A stretch of DNA of 56,392 nt from NCBI GenBank assembly GCA_040381195.1, contig JBEIHR010000001.1, positions 1 through 56,392 of the forward strand, read 5' to 3'. Below the pieces are notes generated by a model. It worked only from the letters and a program-made list of their open reading frames with translations, did not search any database and was not told the DNA's origin. A program made the translations under genes and the position numbers. Source of the DNA: Rubricoccaceae bacterium. GTDB taxonomy: Bacteria; Actinomycetota; Actinomycetes; S36-B12. This document shows positions 1 through 8,152 of the stretch, in pieces; positions within the stretch are counted from its first letter, which is position 1; every line of letters begins with the position of its first letter.

Positions 1-1390
1 CGAGGAGACCTACGGGGTGGTGGTGTTCCACGAGCAGGTGATGCAGATCGTGGCCACCATGACCGGCTGTTCCCTCGCCGAGGCCGACGAATCACGTCGG
101 GCCATGGGCTCACCGGAGGGACAGGACGAGGTGCGCGTGTGGTTCTACCGCGCCGCGCACGCGCAGGGATACGAACTCGCGGTGATCGAACGGGTGTGGG
201 AGATCCTGCGCGCCTTCGCCTCCTTCGGATTCTGCAAGGCGCATGCCGCAGCATTCGCGCTGCCCACGTACCAATCCGCATGGCTCAAGGCCCACCATCC
301 CGCGGCGTTCTTCAGTGGAGTACTCACCCACGACCCGGGGATGTATCCCAAGCGGCTCATTCTCGACGACGCCCGTCACTTCGGTGTGGTGATCCTCGGC
401 CTGGACATCAACGCCTCGCGCGCCGGATACCAGGTGGAGCGCATGCCCGATGGGGCGTGGGGACTGCGCATGGCGTTCCAGGAGGTCAAGGGGATCAGCA
501 ACACCGAGATCGAGGCACTCGTCGCGGGTCAACCCTTCTCCTCCGTCGAGGATGTGATGCACCGCGCGGGGATCTCCCGGCCCACCGCGGAGAACCTGGT
601 CCTCGCCGGCGCCTTCGACGCCCTCTACGGGTTCCAGCAGGGCACCCACCGGCGTCACCACCTCACCCGCCGGGACCTGCTCATCCACATCGCCGAGCAC
701 GATCGCAGTCGCAGGTCGCAGGTCTCCCCGGCGCAGTTATCCCTCGACATGTCTTCGACGATCACCGACGTCGCACCCTCAGGTCTGGGGGAGATGAGCG
801 CGGGGGAGTCGGTGCGCGCCGAGTTGGAGATCCTCGGTCTCGACGTCAGCCACCACATGATGGAGTTCTACGAGGACATGCTCGCGGACCTGTCGTTGGT
901 GCGGGCCCGCGATTTGCTGCGGTGCAGGTCGCAGCAGGAGATCTTTGTCGCCGGGGTGAAGGTGGCCACCCAGACACCACCCATCCGCAGCGGCAAGCGG
1001 GTCATCTTCGTCACCCTCGACGATGCCACCGGTCCGATGGATGCCACGTTCTTCGAGGATGTCCAGGACCCGTATGCCGGGACCGTCTTCGACTCGTGGC
1101 TGCTCATGGTGCGCGGTGTGGTGCGACGCACCGGGCCGCGGGGTGTGTCCCTGCGCGCCACCGGGTGCTGGGAACTCGGTGAGGTGCGTCGGATCTGGAA
1201 GGAGGGTGGCCGCGAGGCGGTCATCGACCTCGTCGACTCCTCACCGGTTCCCGGTGGCGGCGAGCCGCGCAGTCGACCGATCCTGCTGCACGCGAGCGGA
1301 TTCCGGCAGTCCCCCTACGCCGACGTCAAGCCCGCCGACCAGGCACCCAGCAAGCTGTGGCACCGCAGCCCGGGGACACCCGGATGGTGA
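1..1390 (+). CDS. dnaE2: Error-prone DNA polymerase DnaE2 (Pol III alpha-like), C-terminal part; 5' end lies outside the window
   Basis: The reading frame of track ORF 17..1390 is open to the window edge. It carries the Pol III alpha motif FGFCKAHAAAFALPTYQSAWLKAHHPAAFF and a C-terminal tail ...SKLWHRSPGTPGW typical of DnaE2/ImuC. A separate full-length DnaE1 lies at 32677..36210. Confidence 0.85.
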   Translation, partial: EETYGVVVFHEQVMQIVATMTGCSLAEADESRRAMGSPEGQDEVRVWFYRAAHAQGYELAVIERVWEILRAFASFGFCKAHAAAFALPTYQSAWLKAHHPAAFFSGVLTHDPGMYPKRLILDDARHFGVVILGLDINASRAGYQVERMPDGAWGLRMAFQEVKGISNTEIEALVAGQPFSSVEDVMHRAGISRPTAENLVLAGAFDALYGFQQGTHRRHHLTRRDLLIHIAEHDRSRRSQVSPAQLSLDMSSTITDVAPSGLGEMSAGESVRAELEILGLDVSHHMMEFYEDMLADLSLVRARDLLRCRSQQEIFVAGVKVATQTPPIRSGKRVIFVTLDDATGPMDATFFEDVQDPYAGTVFDSWLLMVRGVVRRTGPRGVSLRATGCWELGEVRRIWKEGGREAVIDLVDSSPVPGGGEPRSRPILLHASGFRQSPYADVKPADQAPSKLWHRSPGTPGW

Positions 1391-1424
1391 CCGGGGAGTA
1401 CGCGGTAGATGACATGGTGGGCCC

Positions 1425-2714
1425 ATGAGCCGCAGTCAGGTGCGCCGCCCGCAGGGTCGCATCGGGTTCGGGGACGACGATCGCGGCTGCACGATCCTCC
1501 ATATAGATATGGATGCGTTCTACGCATCCGTGGAGTTGCTCGACCACCCGGAGTTGGTGGGCACCCCGGTCATCGTCGGAGCGGGTGGCAATCGCGGCGT
1601 GGTGCTGTCGGCCACGTACGAGGCCCGTGCCCTCGGTATCCACTCGGCGATGCCGATGTCGCGCGCCCGGCGCATCGCACCGCAGGCCACGATCCTGCCG
1701 CCGCGGCACTCGCTCTATTCCGAGGTCAGCCAGGGAGTGATGGCGATCTTCCGATCGGTCACCCCGCAGGTGGAGCCCCTCAGCCTCGACGAGGCGTTTT
1801 TGGACATCTCGGGTGCGCTGCGCAGACTCGGACCCCCGCGTCACATCGCGGAGTTGATCCGCGCACGCGTGGTCGATGAACAGGGCATCACCTGCTCGGT
1901 CGGGGTGGCCTCCAGCAAGTTCGTTGCCAAGCTCGCCTCCACCCGGTGCAAGCCCGATGGCTTGTTGGTCATCCCGGTCGACCAGGTACTCGCCTTCCTG
2001 CACCCCCTTCCCGTCGGGGCGCTGTGGGGTGTCGGCGAGAAGACCGAAGAGCACCTCACGCGGTTGGGCCTCCGTACGGTCGGTGACATCGCGCATACGC
2101 CCCTGGCGACCCTGCAACGAGCCCTCGGAGAAGCAACGGGCTCCCACCTGCACGCGTTGGCCTGGGGTCGTGACGCGCGCAGCGTGAATCCCCATGAGCC
2201 GGAGAAGAGCATCGGCAACGAGGAGACCTTCGCGGAGGACACGGACGACGAGGAGTTCGTGCGCACCCGCATCGCAGCCCTTGCTGATCACGTCGCCGCG
2301 CGACTGCGCCGCGCCGGGTATCGAACGCGCACGATCTCGCTCAAGGTGCGCTTTTCCGACTTCAGCACGATCACCCGCTCGCGCACCCTGCACGACCCCA
2401 CCGATGTCGGTAAAGACGTCTACGACACCGCGTGGACGCTGTTCGCGGCCCTGGGCCTCGAGCGGGCCCAGATCCGATTGGTGGGGGTCCGGGCCGAGAA
2501 CCTGATCCCTGCCGAGGACGCCCCGGAGCAGCTCCTTCTGGACGCTCCCGAGCACGGCCGCCGTGACGCCGAGATCGCGGTCGACGCATTACGGGACCGA
2601 TTCGGCGAGGAGGCGGTGGTGCCCGGCCGCCTCGTGCCGGGAGTGGTCACCCGGACAGAGCCCGGGCATTCACCCCGGGGAGACCGACCCGCGGGTTTCG
2701 CTCCAGGCGATTAG
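1425..2714 (+). CDS. dinB: DNA polymerase IV (Y-family, DinB)
   Basis: 429-aa ORF with the Y-family signatures ILHIDMDAFYASVE and SLDEAFLD plus a little-finger region. It starts 35 nt after the dnaE2 stop. The exact start is uncertain. Confidence 0.9.
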   Translation: MSRSQVRRPQGRIGFGDDDRGCTILHIDMDAFYASVELLDHPELVGTPVIVGAGGNRGVVLSATYEARALGIHSAMPMSRARRIAPQATILPPRHSLYSEVSQGVMAIFRSVTPQVEPLSLDEAFLDISGALRRLGPPRHIAELIRARVVDEQGITCSVGVASSKFVAKLASTRCKPDGLLVIPVDQVLAFLHPLPVGALWGVGEKTEEHLTRLGLRTVGDIAHTPLATLQRALGEATGSHLHALAWGRDARSVNPHEPEKSIGNEETFAEDTDDEEFVRTRIAALADHVAARLRRAGYRTRTISLKVRFSDFSTITRSRTLHDPTDVGKDVYDTAWTLFAALGLERAQIRLVGVRAENLIPAEDAPEQLLLDAPEHGRRDAEIAVDALRDRFGEEAVVPGRLVPGVVTRTEPGHSPRGDRPAGFAPGD

Positions 2715-2765
2715 TGCTTATCCTTAGTGGAGCGACATACCTGCCCAGAGGAGAGGGGGCCTGCG

Positions 2766-3161
2766 GTGCCACTATCCGAGCACGAGCAGCGCCTGCTGGA
2801 GCAGATGGAGAAGGCGCTCTACGCCGAAGATCCGAAGTTCGCTACATCGTTGCGCTCCACCGGTGTGGGCGGTGCCCATCGCGGTCGCGCCGCCCTCGGG
2901 GTACTCGGCTTCCTCGGCGGAATGGGACTGATCCTCGCCGGTGTCGCCACGGCGGTCATCGCCCTCGGCGTCGTCGGATTCGTGATCATGCTTGCTGGTG
3001 CAGTACTCGTGTACTCCGCGTTCTCAGGCGGGGCGGGAACTGCTCCAACAGCGGAGGGTGAACAGCCCGCGGCGACCCAGGCTCCCAAGCAAACCGGACC
3101 GGGCTTCATGGGCAAGATGGAGGATCGTTGGCGCCGTCGCGCCGAAGGCGATCCTCAGTAG
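2766..3161 (+). CDS. DUF3040 family membrane protein
   Basis: Track ORF 2727..3161. PLSEHEQRLLEQMEKALYAEDPKF matches the DUF3040 N-terminal signature and is followed by two hydrophobic helices. I chose GTG 2766, preceded by GGAGAGGGGG, as the start; 2727 is the alternative. Confidence 0.8.
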   Translation: MPLSEHEQRLLEQMEKALYAEDPKFATSLRSTGVGGAHRGRAALGVLGFLGGMGLILAGVATAVIALGVVGFVIMLAGAVLVYSAFSGGAGTAPTAEGEQPAATQAPKQTGPGFMGKMEDRWRRRAEGDPQ

Positions 3162-3215
3162 TTCATCTGCTCGCCCCTCTATCTGACACATCCTCGACCT
3201 CGGACACGTGTCCCG

Positions 3216-4499
3216 TCAGTTCTGCGGTGCCTCCGGGGCAACGGCGGGTGGGAATTCGCAATTACGTGAGGTGGGCTTCCCCGCGAAGCGATCCGCCACC
3301 CACTCGGTGACCGACGGACCCGCGGCGATCGCGGCCTGCATGTGTCCGACCCCACCCATCCACAGCATCGTGAGGTCGGAACCCGCCGCGCACCAGCGCT
3401 CCTGCAGCGCGGCATTGGGCCACGCGAGAACGACTTCATCGGCGGTGCCCTGCGCGATGAACAGCGGCATCGAGCCAGGCATCGCAGGAGGCGTCTGCGC
3501 CCGCGCGTAGTCCGCCCACGCCGTGTTCTGCAGTGGATTACCGGCGAAGAATTCCTGACCCGCCGACTTGCGAAGCGCCAACTCAACGAGGAGGCCCTTG
3601 TTGCTCGTGCACGCTTCCGCAATGCGCTGGTACGTCTGCTCCCCGGTGAAGGTCAACACCTCATCGGGCGACAGCGCCGGGTTGGCTGCCGGCCAGGAGA
3701 CCGCGACCTCGGGACCGATACCCCAGCCGATGGTGGTATCCCACTGCGCCCCCATGATCTCGGCGAGCTCCGCCGCGGGTGCGGCTGCGGCAACGCCGAG
3801 CAACGTCAGCTCGGGAGCGATCTGCTCGCTGAGGTGTCCCACCCACAGGGAGGAGTGGCCGCCCTGGGAGTGACCCCACACGACGTAGCGATCGCCCGCA
3901 CCGGCCTCGGGGAGTGCGCGAGCGGCGCGTACGGAGTTCACGACATCGCGTGCCTCCGCCTCGGCAACGAGGTACAACTCGGGACCTGGCGTTCCGAGGC
4001 CGACATAGTCGGTTGCAACGACGACGTATCCGAGAGCGAGCATCGGATCCAGCCAATTCGCGGTGTCGCCCAAGGGATTGCCGGAGCGAGACGGGGCGCA
4101 TGCGTCGCCCATACCGAGTGTTCCGTGGGCCCACGCCACAACGGGCCGCCCTCCTTCGGGGGCGGGTGTCGTGGGAATGAAGATCATGCCGCCGGACACG
4201 GCGGGCGTTCCATCCGGACGCTCCGACACATAGAGCATGCGCAGGGCTGTTGCACCCGGCACGTCCACACCGAGTGGCTCGGTGCGAATGACCGTGCCCG
4301 GTGTCGTGGGGACCGGGCTGGGGGGTTCGTAGAACGGCTCGAGCGCCGACTGCTCATGGCCCGTGCGCACCTCCGTGGTGACGGTGACACCCACGAGGAG
4401 GAAGAGGAGGCCTGCAATGAGCGCAACGGGAACTATGACCAGCCACCACCAGGCACGCACCCTGGCACTGTAACGGCGATGGTGACCATCGGGAATCAT
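3216..4499 (-). CDS. Membrane-anchored alpha/beta hydrolase (secretory lipase-like)
   Basis: Track ORF 3216..4643. It has the nucleophile elbow VVWGHSQGGHSS and an N-terminal TM anchor, RVRAWWWLVIVPVALIAGLLFLLVGV. I prefer ATG 4499 (MIPDGHHRRY) over GTG 4643 because codon-position GC across 4506..4643 favours the + strand frame. Confidence 0.75.
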   Translation of the reverse strand: MIPDGHHRRYSARVRAWWWLVIVPVALIAGLLFLLVGVTVTTEVRTGHEQSALEPFYEPPSPVPTTPGTVIRTEPLGVDVPGATALRMLYVSERPDGTPAVSGGMIFIPTTPAPEGGRPVVAWAHGTLGMGDACAPSRSGNPLGDTANWLDPMLALGYVVVATDYVGLGTPGPELYLVAEAEARDVVNSVRAARALPEAGAGDRYVVWGHSQGGHSSLWVGHLSEQIAPELTLLGVAAAAPAAELAEIMGAQWDTTIGWGIGPEVAVSWPAANPALSPDEVLTFTGEQTYQRIAEACTSNKGLLVELALRKSAGQEFFAGNPLQNTAWADYARAQTPPAMPGSMPLFIAQGTADEVVLAWPNAALQERWCAAGSDLTMLWMGGVGHMQAAIAAGPSVTEWVADRFAGKPTSRNCEFPPAVAPEAPQN

Positions 4500-4505
4500 G
4501 GCGGC

Positions 4506-5066
4506 GTGGACGCTGAATCCGACCCCATCCGGGATGTCGTCGTGATCTCGCGTATCGACGTCCCCTCGGGTGAGGGGGATATCAGGTCCGCGGTCGCCGA
4601 TTCCATCGCCGGCGTGGTTGGTCTCGTCGGCTTCACGGTCCACACCACCGTGAATCTGACGCGCGCAGTCGCCTCCTCGGCGATGAACGGAGCGCTCGAC
4701 CGCGTGCTCCCCCCGATCATCGATGCCGTGATTTCGCGGATCGATCTGACCGATGTGGTCCTTGCGCGCGTCGACCTGCGAGCAATCGTCATTCGGGCGC
4801 TCGACGAACTCGACCTCACCGCGATCGTCGTGGATCGGGTCGACCTCGACGTGATCGTCAACCAGATTCCGATCGTCGAGATTGCGGACTACGTCATCAA
4901 CGAGATCGACCTCCCCGAATTGATCAGGGAATCGACTGGTGGAGTGGCCGACAGTGCCCTGAACGTGGCGCGTATGCAGGCAGCTGATGCCGATGCCGGT
5001 ATCTCCGATGTCGTCAATCGGATCCTCTTTCGTTCCCGGTCCCGAAAAGTCGCGGAGGAGGAGTGA
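4506..5066 (+). CDS. Acidic hypothetical protein with degenerate ~10-aa [IVL]DLxx[IV]V repeats
   Basis: This is the 3' part of track ORF 3342..5066; upstream of ~4500 that ORF is antisense to the lipase. Repeats: ISRIDV, ISRIDLTDVVLA, RVDLRAIVIRA, LDLTAIVVD, RVDLDVIVNQ, IDLPELI. Across 4506..4652 GC3 is 40/49 with a G-rich first codon position. The stop overlaps the RDD gene start. Start is uncertain (GTG 4506; alternatives ATG 4479, GTG 4650, ATG 4683). Confidence 0.55.
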   Translation: MDAESDPIRDVVVISRIDVPSGEGDIRSAVADSIAGVVGLVGFTVHTTVNLTRAVASSAMNGALDRVLPPIIDAVISRIDLTDVVLARVDLRAIVIRALDELDLTAIVVDRVDLDVIVNQIPIVEIADYVINEIDLPELIRESTGGVADSALNVARMQAADADAGISDVVNRILFRSRSRKVAEEE

Positions 5067-5587
5067 TGGATTTCGCCACCTACCAACGCCTGGTGGAAGC
5101 GGGCCAGGCGCCTGCTACGGATCCACTCCCCAGAGCCGCACGCGCACTTCAGGGCACACGCGCAGGCTTCGTGACCCGCGCTGCGAGCGTCCTCATCGAC
5201 ATCGGACTGATCAGTGTGATCGTGGTCGCAGGCTGGGCGGCGACACGTTTCCTGCTCTTCGTTCTCAGGCCATCCCAGCCGCTACCAGAGCCCAACGCGG
5301 TTGTGCTGCTGGTCTTCGGCTACCTCGTGATGGTGCTGTATTGGATGGCCTGCTGGGCCACATCCGGACGATCACTGGGCGCCTTCGTCATGGGTGTGCG
5401 TGTCAGGAGCGCCGATGGCAGCAGAGTGGGCTGGTTCCGTTCGCTGGTGCGCGCAGTGCTCTGCGTCCTAGTACCACCAGGTTTGCTCTGGGTGATCGCA
5501 AGTCGACGTAATGAGTCGGTGCAGGATGTCGTTCTGCGCACCACGGTGGTCCGTGATTGGGGTCGCCTCGGTTCAGCGGCGACCTAG
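5063..5587 (+). CDS. RDD family membrane protein
   Basis: 174-aa ORF with three hydrophobic helices and RDD-family-like layout (GFVTRAASVLIDIGLISV..., GRSLGAFVMGVRVRS..., SVQDVVLRTTVV). GTG 5063 or ATG 5066 overlaps the upstream TGA at 5064..5066. Confidence 0.75.
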   Translation: MMDFATYQRLVEAGQAPATDPLPRAARALQGTRAGFVTRAASVLIDIGLISVIVVAGWAATRFLLFVLRPSQPLPEPNAVVLLVFGYLVMVLYWMACWATSGRSLGAFVMGVRVRSADGSRVGWFRSLVRAVLCVLVPPGLLWVIASRRNESVQDVVLRTTVVRDWGRLGSAAT

Positions 5588-5589
5588 CC

Positions 5590-7695
5590 TCACTCGAGTG
5601 TGATCAGGTGCAGTTGGGTTGTGGCCCGCGTGCAGGCAACGTAGATGTTCGCGCCGGCGGGAACCTCCTGGGCGATGGCCTCGGGATTGACGATGAAAAC
5701 ATGATCGAATTCCAGGCCCTTCGAATCCTGGGCGGTGATCACTGCCGCGATGGCATCAATCGCATCTGATCCAAATCCAAACGGATCCCCGTGCAGGATC
5801 GAGGTCCACATCGAGATGTCCGCTGCAGGGACTATCACGGCTGCGCGCCCCACGAAATCGATCAGCACCTTCTCGATGTAGGTCCGGACGTCCGCCTCGG
5901 ATCGGGTGGTGGTGATCGTCGGCGTCCCACTGCGGATCGGGTGGAGGGTCGGGGCATTCCCGCCGTACGCGGTCAGCCAGGACCGCGCGGTGTCCGCAAT
6001 CTCCACAGTGATGCGGTAGGTGATCGTCAACTCGTGCAGCCGCAGGGCATCGCCTGCCCAACCGAGTGCCTCCTCCCAGCTGCGCGCCGCCGCTGGATGC
6101 GAGGCCTGCTGCAGATCACCCACAACGGTCATCGATTTGCGGCTCGCCCGTCGCTGGATCGCGCGCCATGCCATCGCGCTGAGCTCCTGGGCTTCATCGA
6201 CGATCACGTGCCCGTAGATCCACTCGCGGTCATCGAATGCGCGCTCGGCAACACTGCGGTGCGATCTCTCCACGTGCGTCGCGTTTGCAACGTGGAGCTC
6301 CCGCGCGTCAAGTTCACGGGGTTCGTCAGGATTCACGGGGGAGGAGGGACGCCGGGGTCGCTCCCAGTGGCCGACCCGGGCGGCCACCTCGTCGATCAGC
6401 GGAATGTCATCCGACGTCCACGGTGAATCCGGGGAGCGCAGGAGGAGTCGCTGCTCCTCCGCGGTCACGAGTCCATCCGCGCATGCGCGGAGGTAATCGG
6501 CGTCGGACAGGAGCCGCCGGACCAACCCGGGTGGATCGATCGGCATCCACATCAGGTTGAGTGTCCGACGAACGTGACGATCATCGATGAAGTCCGCAAC
6601 TTCATCGAGCACCTCGTCGGCCGAGGGCGAAGTGTCGCCAGCGTCGCGTAATCGATTTCGGGCGGCGGCCTCGAGGACCCGACGCAGAAATGTCTCGCGA
6701 CCCTCGTGGTAGCGCTGCGTGCGGGAGAGTCCTCGTGTGGCGTCGGATAGTTGTGCGGCGCGAATACGGATCTCTCCATGCGACTCCGTGGCGATCCGCA
6801 CATCGGACTGGGGGATTCGCACGCGCTCGGCGATAGCCCGCGCAATGACCTCCGACATGCGCGCATCACCCTTGATCGCCGCGACGTACGGAGGATCCTC
6901 GGATGTGGCGCGCACACCTGGCACGAGGGTGGCTGTCGTCAGGAGGACGACATCGGTCTCGCCCAGGCTCGGTAGCACCTGGTCGATGTACCGCAGGAAG
7001 AGGCTGCTGGGTCCGATCACGAGGACACCGTCGCGCCCCAACTTCTCTCGGTATGTGTAGAGCAACCACGCGGCACGGTGCAATGCGACCACTGTCTTGC
7101 CGGTTCCGGGCCCACCCTGGACCACCGTGACGTGCTCGAGTGGGCTGCGGATGATCGCGTCTTGATCTGCGGCGATCGTCGCGAGGATGTCGCCCATCCG
7201 CCCGGAGCGCGGGTCGTTCATGGCCTCGGCGCCCGGGACGTACTGCGTCTCGGCGTCGAAGTGCTCGTCGTCAATGTGGGTGACGACTTCGCGTCGATCC
7301 TCCTGGCGGGTGGCGATACGCCGACGTAGGGAAAGACCCATGGGCTGTGCGCTCGTCGCCTGATAGAAGGGCGCCGCCTGCGGCGCCCGCCAATCGACGA
7401 GGACCACGTCACCGGAATCGGAGCGCAGTCCGATTCGGCCGATGTGCAACTCCGCCTGGCGCTGTGGGTCGATACGACCGAAGCACAACCGGGACTGGGA
7501 GGCCTCCGCCGAGCGCAGTTGCTGACGGAGATTCACCAGGTGCGCTTCACGCTCGAGATCATCCTGTCCGGTTCCCGTGGCAGGAGCAGTCGTCACCTGG
7601 TCGATCCGTGTGCGCAGATAGTCGATGTGGCGTGACAGGTCGCCATGGAAGGCGTCGAGCCGCTCCTGCTCGAACTCGATACTGCTCGTCACCAT
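5590..7695 (-). CDS. helD: HelD-type UvrD-like helicase (RNA polymerase recycling ATPase family)
   Basis: 701-aa ORF with Walker A VVQGGPGTGKTVVALHRAAWLLY, a predicted N-terminal coiled-coil-like region, HVIVDEAQELS (Walker B) and a C-terminal VACTRATTQLHLI. Confidence 0.8.
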   Translation of the reverse strand: MVTSSIEFEQERLDAFHGDLSRHIDYLRTRIDQVTTAPATGTGQDDLEREAHLVNLRQQLRSAEASQSRLCFGRIDPQRQAELHIGRIGLRSDSGDVVLVDWRAPQAAPFYQATSAQPMGLSLRRRIATRQEDRREVVTHIDDEHFDAETQYVPGAEAMNDPRSGRMGDILATIAADQDAIIRSPLEHVTVVQGGPGTGKTVVALHRAAWLLYTYREKLGRDGVLVIGPSSLFLRYIDQVLPSLGETDVVLLTTATLVPGVRATSEDPPYVAAIKGDARMSEVIARAIAERVRIPQSDVRIATESHGEIRIRAAQLSDATRGLSRTQRYHEGRETFLRRVLEAAARNRLRDAGDTSPSADEVLDEVADFIDDRHVRRTLNLMWMPIDPPGLVRRLLSDADYLRACADGLVTAEEQRLLLRSPDSPWTSDDIPLIDEVAARVGHWERPRRPSSPVNPDEPRELDARELHVANATHVERSHRSVAERAFDDREWIYGHVIVDEAQELSAMAWRAIQRRASRKSMTVVGDLQQASHPAAARSWEEALGWAGDALRLHELTITYRITVEIADTARSWLTAYGGNAPTLHPIRSGTPTITTTRSEADVRTYIEKVLIDFVGRAAVIVPAADISMWTSILHGDPFGFGSDAIDAIAAVITAQDSKGLEFDHVFIVNPEAIAQEVPAGANIYVACTRATTQLHLITLE

Positions 7696-7768
7696 GGTCC
7701 CAGGGCCGGTGTGAAAGGGTCCACAAGTCTGTCACGGAAACGTGATCGGGGTCTACCGGGAGGGTGCT

Positions 7769-8152
7769 ATGGAGCGTGCCGAACTCTTCGAGATCTACGA
7801 CGACACCGAGGTGACCGTGTGGGACGGGGCCGCCTGGGTCGATCCGGCCCCCCTCTGCCGGGCCCGGGGAGAGGGGGCCGTGGTTCTCACTGCGTGGAAT
7901 CCTGGCTGGGAGCGCCCCGACCGCGCGACCAACGACGCCAGAAATGAGCGGCTGGAAGCCGACCTCGCGGATTGCGGCCTGGATGTCTGGCCTGCCATCG
8001 GTGCCTCGCAGCACGAGGACCACGCGGAGCCGGGATTCCTCGTGTGGGGTATGGCGGCCGACCAAGGGTGTGCCATCGCGCGCCGCTTCGGTCAGTTCGC
8101 GATCTACATGTACGGCCCCGATGGTGCGCGCGCCACCGTCGACTGCGCCTGA
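7769..8152 (+). CDS. DUF3293 domain protein
   Basis: Track ORF 7742..8152. VVLTAWNPGWERPDRATNDARNERLEADL is DUF3293-like. I chose ATG 7769, preceded by GGGAGGG. Confidence 0.65.
   Translation: MERAELFEIYDDTEVTVWDGAAWVDPAPLCRARGEGAVVLTAWNPGWERPDRATNDARNERLEADLADCGLDVWPAIGASQHEDHAEPGFLVWGMAADQGCAIARRFGQFAIYMYGPDGARATVDCA

Noticed and set aside
1391-1424. SOS (Cheo/LexA) box GAAC-N4-GTTC near dinB, and a rifamycin-associated palindrome upstream of helD (7696..7768)
   Set aside because: Neither motif is visible in the relevant spacers. The dnaE2 promoter lies outside the window.
1326-2555. Long antisense or out-of-frame ORFs throughout the window, e.g. 1326..2555, 11516..13396, 16640..17560, 18828..19715, 23837..25213, 31610..32662, 33406..34578, 42737..43969, 43864..44814, 50402..51277, 53479..54678
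   Set aside because: Each lies opposite or out of frame to a gene with strong family motifs. The products are Arg/Pro/Gly-rich with no recognisable domains. Stop-codon depletion in high-GC DNA is expected to produce them.
3202-3213. 12-bp perfect palindrome GGACACGTGTCC between the convergent DUF3040 and lipase genes
   Set aside because: Palindromes of this length are expected by chance several times in 56 kb. As RNA it would form only a 4-bp stem, and no U-tract follows.
3342-4478. 5' two-thirds of the 574-aa + strand track ORF 3342..5066
   Set aside because: It is antisense to the lipase-like gene, whose GHSQGG elbow and TM anchor are unambiguous. The translated product here is Arg/Gly-rich low-complexity, typical of high-GC antisense frames.
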